DNA from: an uncultured Pseudomonadota bacterium
Lineage (GTDB): Bacteria; Pseudomonadota; Alphaproteobacteria; Acetobacterales; Acetobacteraceae
DNA: 24,000 nucleotides
NCBI GenBank assembly: GCA_963827925.1
Contig: CAWHDE010000007.1
Span: forward strand, 56,023 to 80,022
Direction: 5' to 3'
Each line of letters begins with the position of its first letter. Position 1 is the stretch's first letter. The translations under genes were made by a program, and so were the position numbers. Shown in pieces: positions 1 through 7,774 of the stretch. Below the pieces are notes generated by a model. The model was not told the DNA's origin. It did not search any database and saw nothing but the letters and a program-made list of their open reading frames with translations.

Positions 1-515
1 TGCGCGGTGGCGAAGGAGCGGGTCAGCCGATTGAGCATCGCCTTGCTGGCGCAATAAAGCTCGCTGGCGTCGTCGGCGTTCACCTCCAGGCTGCCCAGCA
101 CGGAGGACAAGAAAGCCAACACCCCGGTCTCGGGCCGCAGCGTCGGCACCAGCCGCTCCGCCAGCCGCACCGGGGCAATGGCGTTGGTCATCAGCAGATG
201 CATGATCTCCTCCGGCGTGGCGTCCATAATCCCCTTGTCGCGTGGGCCGTAAATGCCGGCATTCAGCACCACCACATCGAAGATCCGGCCCTTCATCCGC
301 GCCAGGAACTCCTCCGTCATGTGGAGGTTGTTGACATCGAGCGTGTCCAGCGAGAGCTGGGCGTAATATTCCTCAAGCCCGCCGCCAGAGATCGCCGTGC
401 GCACCGTGCCGGTCACATGGTAGCCACGGCGCAGGAACTCCTTCGTAAGCCCCAGCCCCAGCCCGCGCGAGGCCCCCACCACGAGAGCCTGCTTCTTTTC
501 CAATTTTGCGGCCAT
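1..515 (-). CDS. Short-chain dehydrogenase/reductase (SDR) family oxidoreductase, N-terminal part; the 3' end lies beyond the window start
   Basis: My own minus-strand translation from ATG 515-513 gives MAAKLEKKQALVVGASRGLGLGLTKEFLRRGYHVTGTVR...VVVLNAGIYGP...LYCASKAML. It has the Gly-rich dinucleotide motif GASRGLG, NAG, and the catalytic YxxxK (YCASK). An AAGGAG RBS lies about 8 nt upstream. The ORF is absent from the ORF track because it is open-ended. Confidence 0.85.
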   Translation of the reverse strand, partial: MAAKLEKKQALVVGASRGLGLGLTKEFLRRGYHVTGTVRTAISGGGLEEYYAQLSLDTLDVNNLHMTEEFLARMKGRIFDVVVLNAGIYGPRDKGIMDATPEEIMHLLMTNAIAPVRLAERLVPTLRPETGVLAFLSSVLGSLEVNADDASELYCASKAMLNRLTRSFATA

Positions 516-539
516 CGCCACTCCTTAAACCTCTTCTTC

Positions 540-577
540 AAAAAATGCGGTTTGCTCCCGGAAACAAGAGCGAACCG
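540..577 (-). terminator. Intrinsic terminator-like hairpin plus U-tract, read on the minus strand, located in the SDR leader
   Basis: A 10-bp stem pairs CGGTTTGCTC (548-557) with GAGCGAACCG (568-577) around a 10-nt loop. On the minus strand it is followed by CATTTTTT (547-540), then about 25 nt to the AAGGAG RBS of the SDR gene. Confidence 0.6.
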
Positions 578-739
578 AAAATATGTGCTTGGCAAACCGA
601 ATTTTCCTGGTTAGCCTCGCTACGCCATGCAAACCATTCAAGCCCTTATTCGCAGCGACCTTGCCATGATTATTGGCAAGGTATGGCTGCGCGCGGGGTT
701 GCGGAACGGTTGAAGACGAACAGTCCAGCCTGACCAGAC

Positions 740-775
740 AAACCCCGCCCGATCCTTCCGGCGGGGTTTGTTTTT
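740..775 (+). terminator. Intrinsic terminator, plus strand (possibly bidirectional), with no upstream gene to terminate
   Basis: The stem pairs AAACCCCGCC (740-749) with GGCGGGGTTT (760-769) around a 10-nt loop. It is followed by TTTGTTTTT (767-775), about 30 nt before the AGGAG RBS of the ORF starting at 820. Confidence 0.7.
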
Positions 776-819
776 GGGAAACCCGCTCCGCCCTTCCCCA
801 GCGAATAGGAGCCTTCCCC

Positions 820-1014
820 ATGTCCGCCCCCCTGGTCTTGATGCCGTTGTTGATCTTCTGTACCGCCGCCGGCCTCGGCTTTGCCGTCTCCGCCCTGGCC
901 GGAATTACCGCCCGCCGCCGCCCTGCGCCGCCACCGCCGCGCGGGTTCCGGCCGGTGGTGATCGAAGGCGGCAAGGAAGCTGCTCCAACGCAGATGCAGG
1001 ATGCCGCGCCATGA
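820..1014 (+). CDS. Small hypothetical membrane protein (64 aa, one predicted TM helix, Pro/Arg-rich tail)
   Basis: This is the internal ATG of track ORF 673..1014, chosen because the longer ORF would read through the terminator at 740-775. AGGAG lies at 806-810. The sequence is MSAPLVLMPLLIFCTAAGLGFAVSALAGITARRRP.... The third codon position is GC-rich. The stop overlaps the downstream start as ATGA (1011-1014). Confidence 0.5.
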   Translation: MSAPLVLMPLLIFCTAAGLGFAVSALAGITARRRPAPPPPRGFRPVVIEGGKEAAPTQMQDAAP

Positions 1015-2039
1015 TCACCATCCGCGCCGTAACCGAGGCGGACATGCCGGGCATCAACCGCATCTATAACCAGCCCAGCGTGCGCCGTTTTACCCTCGGC
1101 CTGCCGTTCGAGAGCGTGCTCAGCTCCACCCGCTTCTTTGACACGGGCACGCAATTGCGCACCTCCCTCGTGGCCTGCGGGCCGGATGGCACCGTGCTGG
1201 GCGAGGCCAGCCTCACCCGCAACAAATCCCCCCGCCGTGCGCATGTGGCCGCGCTGGGGCTGATAGTGGCGGAGGAGGCGCGCCGCCAGGGTATCGCCCG
1301 CGCCTTGCTCACCGCGCTGCTGGATCTGGCGGATAACTGGCTGAACCTGCACCGGCTGGAGTTGGATGTGTTCGCCAATAACCTGGCAGCCATCACGCTC
1401 TATAAATCGCTGGGCTTTGAGGTTGAAGCCACCTGGCGCCATCACGCCATGCAGGACGGCGTGCTGGCGGATAGCCTCGCCATGGCCCGGCTGCGCCCCG
1501 GGCTGCCCATCGATCAATCCGTCCCGCCGCCAGGCCCGCCCCTCGCCCCGCGCCAGGATTTCACCCTACGCGCCACCGAACCGGCCGATCTGCCCGCCAT
1601 CATTTCGCTGATGAACCAGCCCGGCGTGCGCCATGGCACACTTTCCACGCCTTATTCAGGGCCCGCGCGCTACCAGCAATTCGCCGATCCGCAGGAGGGC
1701 CAGAAAGTGTTTGCCGCCGTGGCGGGGGAAAAGCTTTGCGGGCTGGCAATGCTGGTCCCGGGCCAAGGGCGGCGGGTACATTCAGCCTATTTCGCACTAT
1801 TGGCCGTGGATGATGCCTATACCGGGCAAGGCATCGGGCGCGCTCTGCTAGCCGAGGCGCTGGATATTGCGGACAACTGGCTGGGCCTTGCCCGCATTGG
1901 CCTTGGCGTGCTGGCGGATAACCACCATGCCATCCGGCTCTACGAGTCTTTCGGTTTCGAAACCGAGGGCCGGCTGCGCTCGGATGTCTTCCGCCAGGGT
2001 GCCTATGCCGATGTGGTAACCATGGCGCGGCTGCGCTGA
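1011..2039 (+). CDS. Tandem (two-domain) GNAT family N-acetyltransferase
   Basis: The start was moved to ATG 1011 (MITIRAVTEADMPGINRIYN). The two halves are paralogous. Each carries the acetyl-CoA motif (RRQGIARALL and TGQGIGRALL) and ends in ...DxADNWLxLxRxxLxVxAxNxxAIxLYxSxGFExE...MARLR. Confidence 0.85.
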   Translation: MITIRAVTEADMPGINRIYNQPSVRRFTLGLPFESVLSSTRFFDTGTQLRTSLVACGPDGTVLGEASLTRNKSPRRAHVAALGLIVAEEARRQGIARALLTALLDLADNWLNLHRLELDVFANNLAAITLYKSLGFEVEATWRHHAMQDGVLADSLAMARLRPGLPIDQSVPPPGPPLAPRQDFTLRATEPADLPAIISLMNQPGVRHGTLSTPYSGPARYQQFADPQEGQKVFAAVAGEKLCGLAMLVPGQGRRVHSAYFALLAVDDAYTGQGIGRALLAEALDIADNWLGLARIGLGVLADNHHAIRLYESFGFETEGRLRSDVFRQGAYADVVTMARLR

Positions 2040-2077
2040 AATCATATATATTCATTACCACACGGAGGAGCGCGCCC

Positions 2078-2317
2078 ATGAGCACTGCCCACTACAAGGT
2101 CGTTCCGCATGACGGCGGTTTCGCCTATACGCTGAACGGCACCTTCTCGGAAAGCTACCGGACCCATGAGGCCGCGCTGAAGGCCGCCCGCCGCGCCGCG
2201 AAGGAGCAGCGCGTGCCCGGTGAAACCACCCTCATCATGTACGAGACCGAGGACGGCGTCTGGCACACCGAGGAGGCTCTGGGCATCGACCGGCCAAACA
2301 CCGACGTGGAAGGCTAG
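2078..2317 (+). CDS. Small conserved hypothetical protein, DUF2188-like
   Basis: A GGAGGAG RBS lies 7 nt upstream. The sequence HYKVVPHDGGFAYTLNG...HEAALKAARRAAKEQ resembles the DUF2188 pattern (VxPxxxGWxV...A..A.). The family was recognised from memory only. Confidence 0.55.
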   Translation: MSTAHYKVVPHDGGFAYTLNGTFSESYRTHEAALKAARRAAKEQRVPGETTLIMYETEDGVWHTEEALGIDRPNTDVEG

Positions 2318-2318
2318 A

Positions 2319-3593
2319 TCAGGCTGCGCGGCTGACGCCGATACGGATTTCCGCGCCATCGATGGCACGGCAGACGCGTAAGCTGGCAGGGTTGAAACCG
2401 CGCGGGGCCGTGAAGCTGAACGCAGCCCGCCCGGCACCGATGCCGGCCTTCGCCAGATCCCTCCGGTAATGGCACGCCAGCGCCTCACCCAGCTTACGGT
2501 GGCCTGCGTAAAATTCCAGTGCCTGCGGCAATTCCGGCCAATCGATATCCTGCGCCCAACCCTCTATGCGCCGCCCATCCGCGATATCGACGCAGCCGCG
2601 CAGCGGGCCCGGTTTTACCCCCGGCGCGGCGCGGGCAATCACCGGGCGCAGCGCTTGCTCCAGCGCCGCTCCGTGCAGCGGCCGGGAGGCGCAGAGCGAA
2701 ATTTCATCCGGTTCGCCGTAGCCGGGATAAAGCGCATGAAAATCCGCTTGGTTTTGAAACTGGCGGCGCAGGCCGGGGCCATCGGCGAAGCTCTCGCTCC
2801 AGGCGCCCTCGGCCAGCAGGCAGTCATGGGTCTCGAATTCGGGCAGAAAATATTCCGCCCCCGCCCCGTCATGCGCCTGGGTGATCGTCACGCCATTCAC
2901 CAGCGCCCTGGCCAGCACCAGCACGCCGTTCACCAACATCGAATGGCCCGGCGAGACGTAAAGTGCGCGGTGCGGCAAGCCCTTCCCTAGCGCGCCCGGA
3001 TGGATGCAAACGGGAATACGCTCCCGGTTACCCCGTACCTCTTCCGGACCGAAACTCTGCCTGCCGATCCATTTGATCCGGCGCGGCCCGCCAAAGCGAG
3101 TGGGCAGCATGTCACCAATCCGCAAATCCGCCACGTCCCGCTCGCCCTGCATGGTCTGGATGAGCGTGCCGCGCCGGTAGCAGATCACGATCTCCGTGCC
3201 CTCCGCCACCGTATTGACGGTGAAGGCCTCCGCCGAGAGGCTGCCCACGAAATCCAGCGTGACACTCGTGCTGCCCTGCGCCAGGACCAGCCCCGTGCCC
3301 GGCGTAAACATCTCGCTGGCGGCGGTGAAACCTTCCAGCAGCAGCGCATCGCCTTGGGTGAAGCCCGCAATGCTCTCCCCGCCCGCGAGCTGCGCCACCC
3401 CGCCCTCCAGAACCCAGTCCGACCCGGTGGCGAATGAAATTTCGCTGAAACCCGAAAAGCTGCCGCCCATATCCAGCATGGCGGGCGTGGCGGAGCCGGT
3501 CAGTACCAGCGTGCCACTGCCCGCATGGTCCGTCACGTTGCCCTGGAAAACCGCCCCCGGCGCCACGGCGAGTTGCGCGCCCGCCGACGCCAT
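2319..3593 (-). CDS. Hint (bacterial intein-like, Hint_2-type) domain protein with a C-terminal domain of unknown function; probably the C-terminal part of one gene together with 3628..5121
   Basis: The Hint N-terminal block is C-YRRGTLIQTMQGERDVADLRIGDMLPTRFGGPRRIKWIG, with the Cys codon at 3180-3182. The Hint C-terminal block is FETHDCLLAEGAWSESF. The frame stays open upstream of the annotated Met (..CNAGTLAGSYAVYMASAG), continuing the GGxLxNxGT repeat of the upstream ORF. Confidence 0.8.
   Translation of the reverse strand: MASAGAQLAVAPGAVFQGNVTDHAGSGTLVLTGSATPAMLDMGGSFSGFSEISFATGSDWVLEGGVAQLAGGESIAGFTQGDALLLEGFTAASEMFTPGTGLVLAQGSTSVTLDFVGSLSAEAFTVNTVAEGTEIVICYRRGTLIQTMQGERDVADLRIGDMLPTRFGGPRRIKWIGRQSFGPEEVRGNRERIPVCIHPGALGKGLPHRALYVSPGHSMLVNGVLVLARALVNGVTITQAHDGAGAEYFLPEFETHDCLLAEGAWSESFADGPGLRRQFQNQADFHALYPGYGEPDEISLCASRPLHGAALEQALRPVIARAAPGVKPGPLRGCVDIADGRRIEGWAQDIDWPELPQALEFYAGHRKLGEALACHYRRDLAKAGIGAGRAAFSFTAPRGFNPASLRVCRAIDGAEIRIGVSRAA
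2787..3182 (-). other. Hint / bacterial intein-like autoprocessing module within the above protein
   Basis: This covers residues about 138-269 of the 424-aa ORF. It is bounded by the nucleophile Cys (ICYRRGT) and the LLAEGAWSES terminal block. Confidence 0.7.
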
Positions 3594-3627
3594 ATAAACC
3601 GCGTAGCTGCCCGCCAGCGTGCCAGCA

Positions 3628-5121
3628 TTACAGGAAGCTGCCGCCCGCCAGATCCACCGCCACCTCGGTGCCGGAAATCAGCCCGTCATTCTCCAGCGTG
3701 CCGCCCTGCATCGCTACTGCCGCTTGGCCGGTAATGGTGCCGCTGTTGGTGACTTGGCCGCCGCCCATCCACAGCCCCATGGATTGCTGCCCGCCGCCAC
3801 TGAGCCACCCCTCATTCTCCAACGTGCCGCCATACAGCACCACACCGGCGCCAAGCCCCGTGCCCCAGATATATTGGCTGCCAGTGCCACCCTCCACGCT
3901 GCCCTGGTTCACCAGCACGGCATCGTTTGTGAGCACCACGCCGTTCCCACCGGAAACACCGCCATCCCCGCCGAGAATGGTCCCGCCATTGAGCAGGGAG
4001 CCACCGGAGAGCAACGCCCCCGCCCCGCCATAAGTGCCCGCTCCGCCGGTAATAAGTCCGTTATTGCTGGCGGCAAGCTGAGACGCTCCAGCCAGCCCCA
4101 CCCCGCCATGGGTGGCATAGGCCCCGCCGCCTCCGGCAATGGTGCCGCTATTGGTCAGCGTGCCCGCCCCCAAGATCAGCCCGCTCCCGGCCGAGCCCGC
4201 CTGCATCAGCGGATCCTCCGGCACGTCATTACCCTGGATGATGCCTTCATTGGTCACGAGGCCATTGGTCAGTTCCACCGCCGCGCCGCTGACGAAGCTA
4301 TAGCCCGTGGAAGGGAAGGACAAAGTCAGCCCACCGCCGCTTTCGATCCGCCCGTCATTCACCAGCGTGACGGTGCCGGACGCACCCCACACCCCGTTGA
4401 AGCCGCCTATATAGCCGCTATTGCTGACATAGGCCGCGCTGCCCAGCACCACGCCCTCATGCCCCGCGCCGGTGAGGGTGGCGCTGATGCTACCCGCATT
4501 GACGAGGCTGGCCCCCGCCTGCAGCACTACGCCAGACACGCCGCCAGACACCGCGCCGCTGGCCTGGTTCGTCAGCATGCCGCCATTGGCCAGCACCAGC
4601 CCGGCGGCGCCGCCGGTTATCTGCCCCGTATTCCGCACCTGCCCGGCGGCGCTCAGGCTTACCCCATAGGCTCCGCCCTGGATGAGCCCGTCATTCTCCA
4701 GCACACCGCCATCCAACTGGACGCCGATGCGCCCCAGCCCAACGCCAGCGCCTCCCACCCCGCCCAATATGGTGCCCTGGTTAATGGCAACGCCCCCGGC
4801 CAGCAGCGCGAGACCCGCCTCATTGCCCTCGATCAACCCGGACGAGGCATTGGTCACACTGCCCGCCCCGGCCAGTCGCAACCCGGCCCCCACCGCTGCC
4901 CCCGAGGCCAGCGTGAGGTCCGCCGCCAGCGTGCCCTCGTTCAGGAGAGTCCAGTCCGCCCCGGGGCCGCCATAGGCCGCGCTGGTGAGGCTGAAATCCG
5001 CGCCCGCCACACTGCCCGCCAAGGCGATGGTGACACCCGCCTGCACGCTCACCGGCGATTGCCCCGCCGCAGTCAGCAGCAGGGCGGCGGTACCGCTGGA
5101 ATTGATTGTCGTGCCGGACAT
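3628..5121 (-). CDS. Gly-rich parallel beta-helix repeat protein (autotransporter-passenger-like repeats), no obvious signal peptide; probably the N-terminal part of the Hint protein
   Basis: There are dozens of degenerate repeats of the type GGxLxNxGxIxGG (GGTLENEGWLSGG, AGTLTNSGTIAGGGG, GGSLLNGGTILGGDG, GQVTNSGTITG). A GGGAG RBS precedes the ATG at 5121. The ORF ends ..DLAGGSFL-TAA in mid-repeat. Confidence 0.8.
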   Translation of the reverse strand: MSGTTINSSGTAALLLTAAGQSPVSVQAGVTIALAGSVAGADFSLTSAAYGGPGADWTLLNEGTLAADLTLASGAAVGAGLRLAGAGSVTNASSGLIEGNEAGLALLAGGVAINQGTILGGVGGAGVGLGRIGVQLDGGVLENDGLIQGGAYGVSLSAAGQVRNTGQITGGAAGLVLANGGMLTNQASGAVSGGVSGVVLQAGASLVNAGSISATLTGAGHEGVVLGSAAYVSNSGYIGGFNGVWGASGTVTLVNDGRIESGGGLTLSFPSTGYSFVSGAAVELTNGLVTNEGIIQGNDVPEDPLMQAGSAGSGLILGAGTLTNSGTIAGGGGAYATHGGVGLAGASQLAASNNGLITGGAGTYGGAGALLSGGSLLNGGTILGGDGGVSGGNGVVLTNDAVLVNQGSVEGGTGSQYIWGTGLGAGVVLYGGTLENEGWLSGGGQQSMGLWMGGGQVTNSGTITGQAAVAMQGGTLENDGLISGTEVAVDLAGGSFL

Positions 5122-5130
5122 GAGACGCTC

Positions 5131-5150
5131 CCGGCGCCCATTTGCGCCGG
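5131..5150 (-). promoter_or_regulatory. Hairpin between the pssA stop and the repeat-protein start, partly covering the Shine-Dalgarno sequence
   Basis: CCGGCGC (5131-5137) pairs with GCGCCGG (5144-5150). On the minus strand the 3' arm runs into GGGAG, 6 nt before ATG 5121. There is no U-tract, so it is not a classical terminator. Confidence 0.3.
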
Positions 5151-5190
5151 AAGTGAAACTAAAATTACAAGTTGTTTAGAGCAACAGAAA

Positions 5191-6036
5191 TTAACCCATA
5201 GATTGCCGGTTGGGTTCTTCCTCTACCTCTTCCACCGCCGCGCGCCGTGCCTCGGCCTCGCGGGCCAGCTTGCGGTAGCTGCGCACGGAAAAGGGCAGCA
5301 TGACAATATAGGCCAGCCCCGCCAGCGCTCCGGCGAGATAGGGGTCAGCGAAGATCAGAGCGACGAACACCACCAAACCCAGCAGCAAGGGCAGGATGCC
5401 CGCCGTCGGGATCTTGAAATTCTTGAAGCTCCAGACCGGCAGGGTGGAGACGCAGAGCAGCGCCGTGATGACCAGGAAAGCGCCGGTGAAGAGCGGGTAG
5501 CTCACCAGATCCTGCAGCCAGAACTGGTTATGCTGGTTCGCCTCCAACCCCACGAAGAGCGGAAACAGCACCAGCCCCGCCGCAGCCGGAGCTGGCACGC
5601 CGGTGAAAAAATTATACGCGAAGGCCGCTTTAGGCGCGGACTCCAAGGCCGCATTGAAGCGCGCCAACCGCAGCGCCATGGCGGAGGCGAAGATCAAGGG
5701 CGGCAGAAACCCGATCGCCCCCCAGGGCTGCAGCGACCACATATAGAGCAGCAGCGCCGGCGCGACGCCAAAACACAGAAAATCCGCCAGCGAATCGAAC
5801 TCCGCCCCGAAGCGCGAAGTTGCCTTCAAAAGCCGCGCCAGGCGGCCATCCAGCCCGTCGATCACGCCGGAGACAGCAATGGCCAGAACCGCCGTGCCAT
5901 AGCGCCCATCCAGCCCCAGCCGGATGGAAGAGAGCCCGATGCACAGCCCCAGCAGCGTCATCAGGTTGGGCAGCATCCGGTTGAAGCTCAGCCCGGAGAA
6001 ACGCTGCCGCCTGGGCAGGCGGCGGATCGGCCTCAT
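5191..6036 (-). CDS. pssA: CDP-diacylglycerol--serine O-phosphatidyltransferase
   Basis: The CDP-alcohol phosphotransferase motif is DGLDGRLARLLKATSRFGAEFDSLAD (DGx2ARx8Gx3Dx3D). The protein is multi-TM. The gene overlaps psd by 4 nt. Confidence 0.92.
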   Translation of the reverse strand: MRPIRRLPRRQRFSGLSFNRMLPNLMTLLGLCIGLSSIRLGLDGRYGTAVLAIAVSGVIDGLDGRLARLLKATSRFGAEFDSLADFLCFGVAPALLLYMWSLQPWGAIGFLPPLIFASAMALRLARFNAALESAPKAAFAYNFFTGVPAPAAAGLVLFPLFVGLEANQHNQFWLQDLVSYPLFTGAFLVITALLCVSTLPVWSFKNFKIPTAGILPLLLGLVVFVALIFADPYLAGALAGLAYIVMLPFSVRSYRKLAREAEARRAAVEEVEEEPNRQSMG

Positions 6037-6722
6037 GGGAAGGAGGTCACCTTGGGCGTCAACTCGGCGATCACCGTCTCACCGCCGATCATGCGCTGAC
6101 CCACCGCCACCAGCGGCGTGCAGCCCTCTGGCAGATAAAGATCAGTGCGCGAGCCGAAGCGGATGATGCCGAAACGCTGCCCCGCCAGAAGCGGCTGGCC
6201 TTCGGACACCTCGCACAGAATCCGCCGCGCGATCAGCCCGGCGATCTGCACCACCACCACATCATGCCCGGCGGAGGTGCGCAGCAGGAGGGAGTTGCGC
6301 TCATTATCGTCGCTCGCCTTGTCCTCGGCGGCGCTCAGGAACAGCCCGGGATGATACGCGATTTTCTGTACCGTTCCGGAGATGGGGGCACGGTTCACAT
6401 GCACATCCAGCACCGAAAGGAAGATCGCCACACGGGTGCGCGGCTCAGGGGCGAGGCCCAGCTCGGCGGGCGGAATCGCCTGCTCGATGCTCACCACCAG
6501 CCCATCCGCCGGCGCCACGAACACATCCTTGCGCGGGGGCAGCACACGCTCCGGGTCGCGGAAGAAATACAGGCAGAACAGGGTGAAAAGCAGCCCCACC
6601 CAAGTCAGCGGGTGCCAGAGCAGCAGCCCTACGACCGCCACCACAACGCCGCCGATGATGAAGGGATACCCCGCCTTATGCGGCGGGCTCATCACCGATT
6701 TTACAGTCTCAGCAATATTCAT
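6033..6722 (-). CDS. psd: Phosphatidylserine decarboxylase proenzyme (short alphaproteobacterial type)
   Basis: Supporting motifs are LSVLDVHVNRAPISG and the self-cleavage region IIRFGSRTDLYLP. It has N-terminal TM helices and is operonic with pssA. Confidence 0.9.
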   Translation of the reverse strand: MNIAETVKSVMSPPHKAGYPFIIGGVVVAVVGLLLWHPLTWVGLLFTLFCLYFFRDPERVLPPRKDVFVAPADGLVVSIEQAIPPAELGLAPEPRTRVAIFLSVLDVHVNRAPISGTVQKIAYHPGLFLSAAEDKASDDNERNSLLLRTSAGHDVVVVQIAGLIARRILCEVSEGQPLLAGQRFGIIRFGSRTDLYLPEGCTPLVAVGQRMIGGETVIAELTPKVTSFP

Positions 6723-6741
6723 TCAGCCGGTCGCCTTTTGC

Positions 6742-7721
6742 TCAGTTCGCCTGTTTCTTGGGCAAGGCAAAGGCCTGCCCGGGGAAAATCAGGTTCGGGT
6801 CGTGGATCTGCGCTCGCATTGGCGGAATAGATCAGCGTGTACAAGGTGCCGCGCCCATAAACCCGGCGGGCGATCATCCAGAGATTGTCGCCGGGGGCGA
6901 TCACCACATGGCCCTGCTCCAGCGCCTTGGCCAGCTCTTCCGGCGCGAAGGGCACCGTGACCGGCGACGATGGCGCTGCCGTCAGGTGCGGTGGCGTTGA
7001 GGGTGATCATGCCCGGCGCCGTGGGCACCGGCGCCTGCACATGCCAATGGCCGGAGGCATCCGCCTTGGCGGTGCCGATGGCCTTGCCACCCAGCATCAC
7101 CGTGACATTGGCACCCGCCGGGGCGGTGCCGCTAAACATGGCATGGCCCTGCGCGTCATAATCCACCGCGCCCATGCCAAGCTGGCCGGGCTGCGGCCCC
7201 TGGCCGGTAACGACAGCACTGCCATTCGGGCCGGAGACCACGGCCAAAGCCGGTTGGCCATTGCCGGGCAGGGAGATGGAGGCGCTCTGCGAGCCCTCCA
7301 CCGTTTTGCCGCCGGGCAGGGTTTCGGAGAGCGTGATCTCATGCGAGCCGGGCGGCAGCGGGTTGGCGGGGATCAGCACGAAAGCGCCCTGCGCATCCGC
7401 CGTGGCGGTGCCCAGAACAGCATCGCCATCCTTCACCGTCACGGTGGCGCCCGGCAAGGCGCGCCCGGCCAGCACGGCATTGCCCTGCGGGTCCACGCGC
7501 ACAATGTCGAAGCTGGGCGCGGCGGGGCCGCTGGCCGCCTGCGGCGCGGGGGCTGGCGCCGTGGGCACCGGCTGCGCGGGCGGTGCCGCCTGGCGGCCGT
7601 AATGCAGGTAAAGCAGCAGCGCGCCATCCCCCAGCGCCAGCGCAGCCAGCACAATGAGGGCGATGAGACGCAGATTATGCCGCTTCGGTGCGGCGGTGTC
7701 CGGGGTGTCGTTGCTTGCCAT
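6742..7721 (-). pseudogene. LysM peptidoglycan-binding protein (N-terminal membrane anchor, repeated Ig-like FDIVRVDPQG/AxADAxGxW modules, C-terminal LysM); frame broken twice
   Basis: Part 1 is track ORF 6789..7721 up to ..LNATAPDGSAIV. Part 2 is track ORF 6719..6955, (S)PVTVPFAPEELAKALEQGHVVIAPGDNLWMIARRVYGRGTLYTLIYSANAS. Part 3 is my translation in the third frame, QIHDPNLIFPGQAFALPKKQAN-TGA, with the stop at 6742-6744. The LysM signature is therefore split across frames. The breaks lie near 6960-6970 and 6805-6820. Confidence 0.8.
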
Positions 7722-7774
7722 GGCGACGCCAGCCTGCCACGAACAAGCCCGAACTGGAAGCGAGGCAGAGTTTC

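Noticed and set aside
585-650. The strings GGCAAACC...ACGC...GCAAACCATT are reminiscent of the c-di-GMP-I (GEMM-I) riboswitch core.
   Set aside because: This is only a loose resemblance of short words. I could not build the two-hairpin GEMM-I architecture with a tetraloop and receptor. A covariance-model search is needed before any such claim.
768-1010. N-terminal extensions of track ORFs, such as 768..1010 for the GNAT gene, 673..819, 7688..7774, 9619..9651, 13635..13667, 14290..14328, 15477..15704, 19528..19605 and 20221..20325.
   Set aside because: The conserved protein starts at an internal Met or Val with a better RBS. The extensions cross terminators, overlap neighbouring genes, or are displaced fragments of hslO.
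2042-2488. A 148-aa minus-strand ORF overlapping the DUF2188-like gene and the Hint gene 3' end.
   Set aside because: It is antisense to or overlapping two better-supported genes. It has no RBS and no motif.
3594-3640. Programmed +1 ribosomal frameshift at CTG-TAA-T joining the repeat and Hint ORFs, by analogy with prfB.
   Set aside because: There is no slippery P-site codon (CUG cannot re-pair on UGU) and no upstream SD-like stimulator. Seven other same-sign breaks at unrelated sequences elsewhere make a generic indel explanation much more likely.
3619-6099. An 826-aa plus-strand ORF spanning the repeat-protein and pssA loci.
   Set aside because: It is antisense to two genes with clear family signatures. 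Its composition is Arg/Ala/Gly/Pro/Gln-rich with no recognisable motif. This is a typical high-GC shadow ORF.
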